IMG/VR virus record: IMGVR_UViG_3300025732_000016 | Reading direction: 5' to 3' (one strand) | DNA length: 64,000 bases | Source of the DNA: a virus | Taxonomy: Duplodnaviria > Caudoviricetes | Shown: positions 33,587 to 43,706 of the stretch, piece by piece | How positions within the stretch are numbered: position 1 is the stretch's first letter | Layout of the letters: each line of letters starts with the position of its first letter | The notes under the pieces: generated by a model | What the model was told of the DNA's origin: nothing | Seen by the model: the letters and a program-made list of their open reading frames with translations, nothing else | Database searches by the model: none | Made by a program: the position numbers and the translations under genes

Positions 33587-34126
33587 GCCGGCATTTGCGA
33601 GGAGGAACGCGTCGGCAGCATCCACGCATCCATCGACGAGGACGGTCTCTCCCTTCCTCTTTCCCGCCTTCATCACTCTCGTCGGCCACACGGACTCATT
33701 GGTTCTATCCATCGCCCACTTGACCACATGCAGCTTCACGTTCTCACCCTTTGGGACCTTCAGACCGACCACGCTACGGGCTCTAGTGGAGGTGATTGAC
33801 ATGGGAGCAATGCCCCAGATCTTCCAGCAGAGGTGTGAGACTATCGCGTTGAACTTCGCGAGTGTGACGATCGTGTGGGCTGTGGAGCCACCCGCTCTGA
33901 AACCGAGGACGTTCTCCTCTACGAAGATCCCGGCGGGTCTCGGTAACGATCGAAGGCCCTTCTCCACGAGGTCCGCCTTGTCATGGTAGGTGGGCAGCCC
34001 AGCGATCTCAAACCAGCCGAGGCGGAAGAGTGAGCCGTCAGGGTTTACCAGTGACCACCCAGTGCAGGACGTCGAGATGTCGAGACCGAGGTAGACCTCA
34101 GAAATCGAACTTGACTTTGATGACAA
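33569..34126 (-). CDS. ruvC: RuvC-like Holliday junction resolvase
   Basis: YLGLDISTSCTGW, IFVEE, DAADA acidic triad. Start uncertain (TTG at 34126 or ATG at 34198). Confidence 0.8.
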   Translation of the reverse strand: MSSKSSSISEVYLGLDISTSCTGWSLVNPDGSLFRLGWFEIAGLPTYHDKADLVEKGLRSLPRPAGIFVEENVLGFRAGGSTAHTIVTLAKFNAIVSHLCWKIWGIAPMSITSTRARSVVGLKVPKGENVKLHVVKWAMDRTNESVWPTRVMKAGKRKGETVLVDGCVDAADAFLLANAGLKIRE

Positions 34127-36350
34127 ACTTATCTGAGAGCCGCTTTGCGATTGGTTGTGCAAGCTCGGCTCTTCCGACAATGTTGAGGTTCTCGTCATGG
34201 AAATTAACTCTTGAGATGTAGACTATCGGATCACCCGCTTCGTTAGCGTAGTCCGAAGCCGTCAAAGGAAGGTAAGACGGCATTGAGCTCGAGTTAATCT
34301 GGTACGCAGGAACCGTGACGTTCGTCGTGAGCAGGGGGACAGAGTGCTCACCCTTGAATGAAACTTCAAAAGAGTCCTTGCCAAAAAGCTCGCCGAAATA
34401 AGGTGAAGTAAGGACTGCGAGCCCCTCCTCATACAACAGAGTTCCAACACTGTTCCACTTTGCGTGAGTGGTGCTAGCATTCGCTCTATAGAGACCACCC
34501 ATCCCGTTGTCTTTCACTTTGAAGGAGAGAAGACCTTGACTGCCAGTGAAAGAGGGGTCAGTGAGCTCATAGGAGCCCGGATGTATCTTGCTTCCATAGA
34601 AGAGGTTAGAAGCGTCGAAGATCGTGATGAGATTTGAGGATTGATCTTTTGTTCTTTGGAAGATTGTAAGAGATGAGCCGACAGGGTTGCTCATCGAGGT
34701 GGGAGTCGCTCCACCAACTTCATCTGCCATTCCTTCATTCTCAAACCCAAGATCGAGAGGGTCGCCAAGCATCTCACTAAGATCTACGTTACCAGGTGTG
34801 TTCCTGTAGAACGGTGATGAGGCTGATGTCAGAAGAGAGAAGTTGGGGAAGAACTTTCCATTATCGCAAGGAAGAATGAGAAGGTTCTTTCTGACAGCAG
34901 ACGCTGTCGCAAAGAGATACTGGTTGGCTTCAAGACTCGACAGGTTCTGCTGTGTTATGATTGAAGCCGTCATGTTTAGCAGTCTAGGGAAGTATCCTGA
35001 CGCGTACTCTCTGAGATGATTCTCGGCATTGATGAGGTGTCCACCGACTCCGAATGAGAGATCAGTTGCGAACGGTGCGTTCGTTGAAGTCGTCACAGAT
35101 TGAAAAGGAGTGTACATTACCTCTCTAGTGAGAGATTCGTGACCGAAGAAAGGACCGAGGTAGAATTTCAGCGTGCTATCAACTGATTCGACTCCGTTTT
35201 TTGCTCCCGACCTGATGAGTTCAAGATTTCTGTAGTCCTGCCAGATGCGAATTTCATGAAGCTCACCGCCGAACTGATGGGACATTTCATACGTGGGAAA
35301 TGCTGGCGCGGTTCCAAACGGATTTGTGAAACCCTCTTCAACTGCAGTGTCTTCATCGAAGAAGCCGTGGGTCCCGTTAACTCCATCGTAATAGTTTCCG
35401 ATGAAAAGAGCTCTAGAATGCTCTACGTAATCAGTTCTCGTCACAGACTCAGAAGGAATGTAGAAGTCACCAGATCTTACTCCGTCGATGAAGAAAGAAC
35501 CAGAGCCAAAGTCCGAGTTCAGTCCGCCCCATCTCACAGCAACGTGATGCCATCCATTGAATGTGATTGAGTCATCACTCAAAAATACGAGATCACTTGG
35601 ATACGGTCTAGCATTATTGGCTATGCTGAGGTCGACTGAAGATGGTGGGATATCTGCACTTTGTGATAGCTGGACCATCACGCGAAAAGAATCGGGATTT
35701 CCGAAAGCGTCAATGCTGCTGCCGCTCACAAGCGAGATCGCGAATGACGAGGAAACGTGAAGTATCGTTCCTGCGCGATGAGTACCAGAGACTCTCATCG
35801 TTGGCTTGACGTAGAACTCAAACGTGAAAGCGCCGCTGGGTGTCAGTTTCGGTTGCGATCCGACTGTCGGGTTCGCGTAGACTAGAGCAGAGCCGCTCGC
35901 GAAACCGGAACCCGACATGAAGTTGAGAGAGAGGTAGTTCGTGTATCCCCAGTAACTTGAGGGATACGCAGTTGCGTAGTAAGGATATAGGATTGATCTG
36001 ACTACGCCTTTCCTCTGAGTGTCACTCGTGAAACGGAATGATGGCTCAAACCTCAACACCTCAACCTGTTTTGATCTTCTTGGAGAAGTTGAAGCGCTGT
36101 TCACAAGATCCATGTACTTCGAGATCGCGCGACTCACATCGCTGCCAGAAGTTGCAGTCTCCAAAGTTGACTCGAGGCTCTCGTCATCGAACGTATCTGA
36201 GAACGCTACGTACTTCTCAGAGGGGCTCGATTGCGGGAAAACTCTTACAGCTCCTGTCACACCAGACGAGGAAGAAGAGAAAGTCCTCGACGGGCGTGCG
36301 ATGAATGTGTAATTCTCGAAGAGTCCCGCCGATGTCTTGATGAGGGACAT
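34098..36350 (-). CDS. LamG/concanavalin-domain baseplate or fibre protein with a C-terminal tail-collar-like half domain
   Basis: FTFEFYVKP, GWHHVAVRW, FFIDG, FGGELHEIRIW form the LamG pattern. C-term VNFHDENLNIVGRAELAQPI.K....IKVKFDF. Confidence 0.65.
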   Translation of the reverse strand: MSLIKTSAGLFENYTFIARPSRTFSSSSSGVTGAVRVFPQSSPSEKYVAFSDTFDDESLESTLETATSGSDVSRAISKYMDLVNSASTSPRRSKQVEVLRFEPSFRFTSDTQRKGVVRSILYPYYATAYPSSYWGYTNYLSLNFMSGSGFASGSALVYANPTVGSQPKLTPSGAFTFEFYVKPTMRVSGTHRAGTILHVSSSFAISLVSGSSIDAFGNPDSFRVMVQLSQSADIPPSSVDLSIANNARPYPSDLVFLSDDSITFNGWHHVAVRWGGLNSDFGSGSFFIDGVRSGDFYIPSESVTRTDYVEHSRALFIGNYYDGVNGTHGFFDEDTAVEEGFTNPFGTAPAFPTYEMSHQFGGELHEIRIWQDYRNLELIRSGAKNGVESVDSTLKFYLGPFFGHESLTREVMYTPFQSVTTSTNAPFATDLSFGVGGHLINAENHLREYASGYFPRLLNMTASIITQQNLSSLEANQYLFATASAVRKNLLILPCDNGKFFPNFSLLTSASSPFYRNTPGNVDLSEMLGDPLDLGFENEGMADEVGGATPTSMSNPVGSSLTIFQRTKDQSSNLITIFDASNLFYGSKIHPGSYELTDPSFTGSQGLLSFKVKDNGMGGLYRANASTTHAKWNSVGTLLYEEGLAVLTSPYFGELFGKDSFEVSFKGEHSVPLLTTNVTVPAYQINSSSMPSYLPLTASDYANEAGDPIVYISRVNFHDENLNIVGRAELAQPIAKRLSDKFVIKVKFDF

Positions 36351-36360
36351 TGATCCCTCC

Positions 36361-37638
36361 TTAGAAGTCCAGTCTCACTCTAACTGTCAAATCCTTCTCA
36401 TCGTTCTTCTCGATGGGTCTTGAGAACTTAGCAACTGCAAGGAGCCTATTCTGCTCATCGTAGAGTCCCACTGTTGTCGGATACGTGAAAGGTCTCGCGT
36501 CATTGATTCCGAGTGACTCCTGCGCCTGCATCACAACTAGATTTCCAGAATCGTCAAAGTATGTTGGATTGTTGGAGTAGTTGAACTCATCAGCGCCAGC
36601 TCTGCAGAAGAACAGAGTTGAGTTCACGCTCGTCAGATTCTGGAATGTGATTCCAGTAAGAGACCCAGACGACATTCTAGTGGTTGTGAAGTACGTGACA
36701 AGGTCATCCATGGACGCAGAAACCATGAGATCGGGTATTAGCGTAGCGCTGGGGTTTGAAGATGGGAATGAGCTCGAACCAACGATAGTCTGGTTAGAGA
36801 GCGCGGGAGATACCGCTCCGGTTACTGCGCTAATAACACCTGACACGTGCTGGTTCGCATAGCAGATCTTCTTCAGGTCAAACACTGCGATGCCCGCATC
36901 GTACCACAAGAGACCTACTGTCTTTGAAGTGTCTGCAGAGTCTATGATAGATCCGACCCTACCGCCGAACAGATTGGCAAGATTTGACGCTTGAGTGGAG
37001 TCAGTGAAGATTGCACTGCCCGAAGGAGATGTAATGTTTACGTTACTGCCAGTGTATCCGTTCGCAATATCAGTGTGAAAACCAGTGGCTCCATCATACA
37101 CTCCCGTCGTATAGAATCGCATCGCGAAAGTGTTTCTCTTGATCGCATCACGTGCAAACAGTCTCTTGAAGGAAATAAACAGAGCCTCGTCTATTCTATC
37201 AGTCGTTGTTGTAGAAGTTGTAGGAGCGAAGAAAGAAGTCTCAGAATCTCCAAGAAGCTTCCCAGCAAAGAGCTTGTACATCTCTACTTTCTCTCTCATC
37301 ATGAGAGAAGAGGTGGCGTACAGGTTCTTACCACGAGAATCGACAGCCTGAACTGCGTCGAGTGCAGTTGAACCGCTCCAGTACAACCCCACGGTTGTGT
37401 CAAACATCGCGTTAGAGACTTGGAGAGTGTAGTCTTGATCGTAGACTGTCTGGAACAGCGACGAGGTCACTGCGTAGTTTGTGACGCCATCAGACGACGC
37501 AGTAACAAAGATAGCGTACTGCTTTCTCGTAAACGATCCAGAGATATCCTGCTGTACGATGTCAACGAGCTGCGAGAGCTGTGTCTTCACAGACTTAATG
37601 TCGCTGCTAACGTCGAGATCCTTGAATGTAGTTGCCAT
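36361..37638 (-). CDS. Baseplate-associated virion protein with a C-terminal tail-collar-like half domain
   Basis: C-term FFCRAGADEFNYSNNPTY...TTVGLYDEQNRLLAVAKFSRPIEK...VRVRLDF. Confidence 0.6.
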   Translation of the reverse strand: MATTFKDLDVSSDIKSVKTQLSQLVDIVQQDISGSFTRKQYAIFVTASSDGVTNYAVTSSLFQTVYDQDYTLQVSNAMFDTTVGLYWSGSTALDAVQAVDSRGKNLYATSSLMMREKVEMYKLFAGKLLGDSETSFFAPTTSTTTTDRIDEALFISFKRLFARDAIKRNTFAMRFYTTGVYDGATGFHTDIANGYTGSNVNITSPSGSAIFTDSTQASNLANLFGGRVGSIIDSADTSKTVGLLWYDAGIAVFDLKKICYANQHVSGVISAVTGAVSPALSNQTIVGSSSFPSSNPSATLIPDLMVSASMDDLVTYFTTTRMSSGSLTGITFQNLTSVNSTLFFCRAGADEFNYSNNPTYFDDSGNLVVMQAQESLGINDARPFTYPTTVGLYDEQNRLLAVAKFSRPIEKNDEKDLTVRVRLDF

Positions 37639-37652
37639 CTGTCTGGGCTCCG

Positions 37653-38354
37653 TTATGTCTTTGTGATACTGACGGTGAGATCAGTTGTGATGCCCGATCT
37701 TGCTCCAATGATTCTCACAGGCGTGGTGATAGTAGATCCGTCGCCGTAAGTCGTGAAGTCCGAACTCGTATTCGTGAGAATGGTCCGCAGATTGAATGTC
37801 GCGGTAGGAGAAGCTCCAAGAGCAGATATGATTTCGTAAACGTCCACGCCGTTCGGTTGAGAAACTTCGACAGGAGCGCTGATGGCGAGAAACCGGCGAT
37901 TCAGCTTCACGAAGAACAGATCTTCAGCAAGCTCTGCGTTCACGGTAGACTCTCCAGATGGTGGAGATTGTGTAATGAGAACCTGCGTGAACCCGCTGGA
38001 GGTGCTTGACGCTACAAGATTCACCGCTCTAGAACTGATCGATGCTCCGCCCGTTGAAGCAAGCGTTAGGCTCGGGTAAGCCGTAAGAGCCACTGCGCTA
38101 ATACTGACACAGTTGTACTTCAGCGCAAGATCGGTGTTGGTCTGCGCTTCAAAGACTGGAGTGTTCTTCTCAATCTTCTCTTTACCGACTGTAAGGCCGA
38201 ATCTTGTGATGATGCCGTAATCGACCTCATCATCAGCAAAAGAGAATCTTCTGATTGAGAAGCTGTTATCGTTGGCTGCTAAAAGCTGCCTACCGAGGTC
38301 CGTGAGGACTGCGTCAACGACTATGTTGGCGTTTGAATTGTCGAGGAAACCCAT
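37653..38354 (-). CDS. Baseplate-associated virion protein with an N-terminal tail-collar-like half domain
   Basis: MGFLDN...VDAVLTDLGRQLLA...IRRFSFADDEVDY. Confidence 0.6.
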   Translation of the reverse strand: MGFLDNSNANIVVDAVLTDLGRQLLAANDNSFSIRRFSFADDEVDYGIITRFGLTVGKEKIEKNTPVFEAQTNTDLALKYNCVSISAVALTAYPSLTLASTGGASISSRAVNLVASSTSSGFTQVLITQSPPSGESTVNAELAEDLFFVKLNRRFLAISAPVEVSQPNGVDVYEIISALGASPTATFNLRTILTNTSSDFTTYGDGSTITTPVRIIGARSGITTDLTVSITKT

Positions 38355-38383
38355 GGTGCTCCTGATGTCTTACTCTTTTACAC

Positions 38384-40096
38384 TCACGTAGAACGTAAAT
38401 CGTTGATGGTGATCGGAACAGCGACCTGTTCCGCCCTTGTTGTATCTATCACATTCATGTAGTACTTCGCACCGGAAGAACCATACTTTATGAGCTCTAG
38501 ATCGTTGCCCTTTCTGTCGGTCACTTGCAGGTATTCTGGATCAAACACTATGCTAACGGAAGAGACTCCACTCCTCGTGATAGTGTCTAGAGTTAGAGTA
38601 CCCGAGACGTCAACATAGAGATTTGGGTAAGGTCTTGGAGCGTTTGCGGGAGACACGCACTTGACAACGATGTTGTTCAGTCTTCGGTTGAAACTCACTT
38701 TGTACTGCGACGAATAATTCGAGACGTAACCATGAGCATCTACGCAGCAAATAGCGTAGATGTACTCTGAGCTCCTTCCGAAGTCGTGATCAATTGCTCT
38801 CCTCACAGGAAACTTAGTTCTCACAACGTTGACAGGAAGCGGTCTTTCGATCCTCCTGAAGTTCACGACACTCTGGTCAAAGTCAAATTCTTTCAACAGC
38901 GTAAAGGGCTCTGTGAGGCTCTTCCTCCTGAAGAGCTGGAACCTTGTTACGTCTCTTGACCTGTTTACAGGGAACTCCCATCGAATAGCGAGTTCGCTTC
39001 TTTGGTGATCAAAATTGAACCTGACATCTGATGGAGGGGGCGGCGGGACATATTCTTCAGTGGTCACTGAAGAGACGTTAGAGGGAGCAGAAGAGATAAG
39101 AACTTTGCTCGTTACGCTGTCACCTCGACGCAAGAGAATCTCTGGGACTTGGATCGAGTAAACCGCCCTAACGATGTACGAATACCTCGTACCGTATCTT
39201 ACGTTATAGTCAATGAAGCTGTTAGTTTTTGGATCAACTGCACCGACTAAAGTTTTCTCGCGGCGTCCACTTGAGAACTCTTCGACTCTCTCTATCATGA
39301 AACCAACTAGCTTGAGCTTTTTGCTAACTTGGACGTCGGCTCCCTTGACCCTTCTCTCGAAGAATGTGACGGGTGAAAGAATGGAAGTGAAATCTTTGTC
39401 AGATATAGTGGGAGGCTTTCTTCTCTCTGAGTCTTGTCTTTCAGTGAGATATTTTGACATCAGTCCAGCAGCGACTGGTGAGCGACTTGGAGAATCAGTT
39501 TCCGCTGAGGCGACTACGTCTGCAACTACTTTATCATACACCAGCATCGTTACTGGAAGACCTGATGCGAGCTGGAACTTTTCTGCTGGGATTTCTTCAC
39601 CGTTAGTGAAGAAACTCATGTTATTGGCAGAATAGTTCACTGCAAGTGACTGCAAAGTATCTGAGTCTACAGAACCTGATATTGCGAGAGAGAGCGACAT
39701 TGCCTTGTCAGTAGGGTTGCCCGTGATACCGCGAATGCGACACGATCTCTCGATAGAATCATACGCTCTCTCCAACAGACCCGTGTCTTGCAAAGTTAGA
39801 TAGGTGTTTGACATGTTCGGCACGTCTTCAATGCTATGAACTCTGTCAATGTCGCTAACAAACATCGCGTAATCTACGTTGTCCCCCACCTCTTCGTTTG
39901 CTGATAACTTTGGAGCCTTAAAGCTAAGAGTTACTTCTCTTGGAGACCCTTCTCTCGAAGACCTGTATTGAGTAGTGTCATCAGTCGCAGATTCTTCGGG
40001 AACGTAGTACCTGTAAGTGAACTTGGTCACGAGACTAGTCGGTTGTGAAAGACCGACAGTGGCGAGAACGTTCGAGTAAAGTGTCTTTTTTGTCAT
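38384..40096 (-). CDS. Hypothetical virion protein with Fn3-like beta domains
   Basis: FIDYNVRYGTRYSYIVRAV and PPPPSDVRF...IRWEFP...FQLFRR...YIYAICCVD. Likely start ATG at 40096. Confidence 0.55.
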   Translation of the reverse strand: MTKKTLYSNVLATVGLSQPTSLVTKFTYRYYVPEESATDDTTQYRSSREGSPREVTLSFKAPKLSANEEVGDNVDYAMFVSDIDRVHSIEDVPNMSNTYLTLQDTGLLERAYDSIERSCRIRGITGNPTDKAMSLSLAISGSVDSDTLQSLAVNYSANNMSFFTNGEEIPAEKFQLASGLPVTMLVYDKVVADVVASAETDSPSRSPVAAGLMSKYLTERQDSERRKPPTISDKDFTSILSPVTFFERRVKGADVQVSKKLKLVGFMIERVEEFSSGRREKTLVGAVDPKTNSFIDYNVRYGTRYSYIVRAVYSIQVPEILLRRGDSVTSKVLISSAPSNVSSVTTEEYVPPPPPSDVRFNFDHQRSELAIRWEFPVNRSRDVTRFQLFRRKSLTEPFTLLKEFDFDQSVVNFRRIERPLPVNVVRTKFPVRRAIDHDFGRSSEYIYAICCVDAHGYVSNYSSQYKVSFNRRLNNIVVKCVSPANAPRPYPNLYVDVSGTLTLDTITRSGVSSVSIVFDPEYLQVTDRKGNDLELIKYGSSGAKYYMNVIDTTRAEQVAVPITINDLRST

Positions 40097-40097
40097 G

Positions 40098-43000
40098 TCA
40101 CTCAGCCTCAACTTTTATCGAGCACAAAGAAATTTCTCTAGCAGCAGTGTCCCTAAGCTGCTGCCCATCCTGTTGAACAATCAAGTCATTCGGATCGTAG
40201 ACAAAGCAATACACTCTTTCGAAAGGGTCTGGTGTCAAGACTCGATTCGCAGAAGTACCTGCCGTGAAGATTCCCGAATCTAGCAGTTTTAGCAGCAAAC
40301 TGTGGTCAGAAGGAGTCGTAAGATCAGGTGATTTGCCACTAAGACTTGAGTACGGTATCACAGCGTAGTTGCCGTCGACAGTCTGCTCGAGGAAATCAGA
40401 CGCAGTGAGAGAACCTCGAGGTATTAGCCCTTCTCTAGCTGTACCAAGCAAAGTCAAAAGCTGACCTGCTGCAGTGGCAGAAATTGATCGTTTTGAAGAG
40501 CACACTGAGTACGCGCTGAAGTCTATCCCGCTGACAACTCTTACTGTCGCTTTCAATATCGCATCAACAACGTGAAACCTGATCGCGTCATCGACGATTG
40601 ACCTGGATATGTTGGGTAGACTCTGATCGTCTCCCGCAGAACTAAAGTTTCCGCCGCTTCCTATGAACGATCGACACTCTTCATAAGAGCAGCTTACCCA
40701 AGTGCTAGTTCCCCTGTCGTAACACTCAAAAGAAACTGCGCCAGATGAAGCAACTCCAAGAGGAGTTAGATTCTCGTCTATTTCGTCTGTGATGTAGCAA
40801 TTGACGAGCGGATGAAACCTTCCAATAGTCAACGGAGTAACAGATGCGTAAGGGTTCTGTATCGACCGCGCAGCCAACGTCAATGAGTACTTTGAAAGAT
40901 TCTTATTCATTGACAACTGTCCTGAAGCGACTTTGTCATCTTTGACTTCTATCTCTGATCTGCTTAGCATCGAACAAAGACCCGCTGGGATCCCCATAAC
41001 AAGGCACGTCTTATCAGATGACAAGTCATTTTTGTAGTAGCTGTAAAACCACCTAGCAGCGCTAACATCGTAGATGCTAAGAGACTCTTCGAAAGACTCA
41101 CTTACTCCTCGGTACATCTTCTCCTTAAGAGAGAGCGAAGAAGCCACTTCACTGCTGAAGTTTGCAACAACATCATTTCTTACGCGAGTTGAAACACTCG
41201 CAGTTTTTTCTGCAACTGACGTGATAGCGTTTGAAAAATTTTCACAAGAAGTGTTGATGATATCAGCAATCGCAGCCAGTGATGCCACAGCTATTTTTGT
41301 GCTCTTTTGTCTCTTGACCAGATCATTCAGCACTGACGCAAGACTGTTATACATCACAGTGCTTGTAGTCGCTGAGAGACCTGAACTCGTGTGAGCACTG
41401 GACAGGTATGTCGTTACGTCTCCGCTTAACTGAGAAGCAGATTCACAGAAACTAAGAATCTCGTAGAAATTACTGTTGACGCTAAGATACCATACAGTCG
41501 ATTGCTGGGTGTAAGAGACAGTCTCTGTGCCTCCTCCAGTCGTGCTCTTCGTGTAAGTGATTTGTTCATCTTCCAGGACACCAACGTAACCCGGTCCCAA
41601 GAAATAGTTGACCAGGTTGCCCATGCACTCGAAGATCACATCGATGATTCCCCTCTTAGTGCAGGTACCGTTCCCAGTAATGAACAGACCATCGGGAGCT
41701 ACGTCGTCTAATGTCTTCCCATATAGCTCTTCATAGAGAGCGACAAGCTCATCGTAGAACTCGAGTATCGAGTTTGCGATAGTTTTCCCATTCTCACTCC
41801 TCGAAAAATTCTTGAAGCCATCGTAGACTTCTGTGAAGAGCACATTACCCGTTGAAGGATACCCACCCCTTCCTGATATGAGAGAATCTTTCACGCTAGT
41901 CAATACACTGCTGGCTCGTGGAGCATTGTAGTTCCACCCTTCGATGCTGTAGTCATTAGCGTACTCCGAGCTTCCTCCTGGTGTAAAGCTGGGTGACAAC
42001 CAGATCGAATTCCCCCAGCTGTTCCTCGCCGCGCTCGTTGTTGTCGAGTCGAGTTGCAGCAACTTACCCTTCGTGAAGTGCAGGCTATCAGAAGGAAAGT
42101 TCTTGATCCTTTCTGGTTCGTTGAAAATTGAGTCTACGTTAGGAGTCGGAGCAGCTTCTAGAGTCTTAGTCTTGAGCTTTCTGCTACCGACTTTTGCTCC
42201 TACAGTGCGCGGGCTGGTACCAGAAGTATCCCCACTATCTTCTATCTCTGACTTAGATTCATTCACCTCATCATATTCTTCTGACGTTCCCGCATCGAAA
42301 GCATACTCTTCATCAAGAAGAAGCGTAAGTAGCACGCCTCTCATGAAACCATTGAACTTGGTTGAGCTCGTAGAAGTCTTCATTGCGAACGCCATCATCA
42401 AGGCGTCAGTGATCTCAGCGTTGTTGGTAAAAGTTGAAGTCTCTTTACCGGAATGGAGAGTCTCAAACGAATCCTTAAGCTTCCCGAGAAGACGAAGATA
42501 AATGTCGATAGGAGTGCCAGCTTCATTTGCTGAAGCTATTCCTGTCTTAGTCTTGGCTGCCTCGTAAGAATTAGAAAAGCTTGTCGAAACTTTGCTGGTG
42601 AAGTTGCTTATTCCGCTAGTTGAAAGTTTCTTGACTGCTGGGTTGATGATGCCTTCGTAGTGAGAAGGGGTGATTTTATTGTCAGTCTTCAAACCTTGAG
42701 ACTCAAAGACGTTGCTGCCTGAGTACATGGTGGGTGTACTTATCACTGCACTGCTGGTCACACCAGTAAAAGTGTCTGTGAATACTCTAGACAGAAACTC
42801 CGCGCACGATGAGACTTTTGACAGTCTCGAAAGACTTGAGTAGTTTGTTATTTTGCCATCGTCAAAAAGACGATCTTTTGAAGTGACCTTTGCGTCAACA
42901 GAAAAGTACCCCTTTGATAATCCCACTAAGAGAGTTCCTTGGGTAGTAGAGGTCGTGCTTTCTGCTGACGCTGCTGCTGCAACTTTGCTAATGGTTTTGA

Positions 43001-43706
43001 CTATCCCAGTGCTGGTGTCTTTCTTCGGATCAAGCCCGAACGAAGACAGGCTGGTGTCAATGACTGTTGACCCATACTTTTGGGGCAGTTTGGAGTAATA
43101 CTCTGCGATCTTTTCTTCTACGTTTGCCCAAGAAAGTCTCAAATCTAGATTCTTAGAGAGCTCATCTGCTGTGTTCGACAGGCTCAAGAAAGAATTAACA
43201 GCTTCTGTGGTCTTTTGAAGATCAGAGGTTGCCTGCTCCTCAAGAGATTGCATAGTTGCAGCAGTCGACTCTTCATTCTTCAGAGTTTCGTAGATGTAAT
43301 CGTAGTCAGACTTCATCAGACTCGACTCGAAATCTGCTATTGCAAGTGATTGTTCTATGGAGGCAGCCGTCTTCTTGGCGTCTGATGCAGGAGTGTTAAA
43401 AATGTCCACCGAAGCTAGCAGCACTGGCCGCTCCATGCTTAGTGACAATTTTCTGCCTTGAGTCGTCGTAAGCTGCTCGAGCTGCGTCGAATTGTCTGGT
43501 AGGACAGGGAAATCCATTCTTGAGTCAAACTTCGCTGTTCCGATCGAATCTCTCGAAAAGAAAGAATCTCCTTGTTGCACAGTGTCGGGAACTGCGGGTC
43601 TTCTAACTTTTTTCCCCGGAAGAGAACCCGGACCTGTTGCAGCAGGCTTGGGAGCGAGAGGTTGCACAGTGAGCTTTGAAGCTCTAGTAGACCTTTTGAT
43701 GGGCAT
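40098..43706 (-). CDS. Large Ser/Thr-rich hypothetical virion protein (1202 aa)
   Basis: Long intact ORF in the baseplate operon with overlapping start/stop coupling; no recognised motif. Confidence 0.75.
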   Translation of the reverse strand: MPIKRSTRASKLTVQPLAPKPAATGPGSLPGKKVRRPAVPDTVQQGDSFFSRDSIGTAKFDSRMDFPVLPDNSTQLEQLTTTQGRKLSLSMERPVLLASVDIFNTPASDAKKTAASIEQSLAIADFESSLMKSDYDYIYETLKNEESTAATMQSLEEQATSDLQKTTEAVNSFLSLSNTADELSKNLDLRLSWANVEEKIAEYYSKLPQKYGSTVIDTSLSSFGLDPKKDTSTGIVKTISKVAAAASAESTTSTTQGTLLVGLSKGYFSVDAKVTSKDRLFDDGKITNYSSLSRLSKVSSCAEFLSRVFTDTFTGVTSSAVISTPTMYSGSNVFESQGLKTDNKITPSHYEGIINPAVKKLSTSGISNFTSKVSTSFSNSYEAAKTKTGIASANEAGTPIDIYLRLLGKLKDSFETLHSGKETSTFTNNAEITDALMMAFAMKTSTSSTKFNGFMRGVLLTLLLDEEYAFDAGTSEEYDEVNESKSEIEDSGDTSGTSPRTVGAKVGSRKLKTKTLEAAPTPNVDSIFNEPERIKNFPSDSLHFTKGKLLQLDSTTTSAARNSWGNSIWLSPSFTPGGSSEYANDYSIEGWNYNAPRASSVLTSVKDSLISGRGGYPSTGNVLFTEVYDGFKNFSRSENGKTIANSILEFYDELVALYEELYGKTLDDVAPDGLFITGNGTCTKRGIIDVIFECMGNLVNYFLGPGYVGVLEDEQITYTKSTTGGGTETVSYTQQSTVWYLSVNSNFYEILSFCESASQLSGDVTTYLSSAHTSSGLSATTSTVMYNSLASVLNDLVKRQKSTKIAVASLAAIADIINTSCENFSNAITSVAEKTASVSTRVRNDVVANFSSEVASSLSLKEKMYRGVSESFEESLSIYDVSAARWFYSYYKNDLSSDKTCLVMGIPAGLCSMLSRSEIEVKDDKVASGQLSMNKNLSKYSLTLAARSIQNPYASVTPLTIGRFHPLVNCYITDEIDENLTPLGVASSGAVSFECYDRGTSTWVSCSYEECRSFIGSGGNFSSAGDDQSLPNISRSIVDDAIRFHVVDAILKATVRVVSGIDFSAYSVCSSKRSISATAAGQLLTLLGTAREGLIPRGSLTASDFLEQTVDGNYAVIPYSSLSGKSPDLTTPSDHSLLLKLLDSGIFTAGTSANRVLTPDPFERVYCFVYDPNDLIVQQDGQQLRDTAAREISLCSIKVEAE

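Noticed and set aside
34126-34198. N-terminal extension of RuvC from the ATG at 34198
   Set aside because: It overlaps the conserved C-terminus of the upstream gene by 100 bp and reads as Ser-rich filler. A later start is more likely but unresolved.
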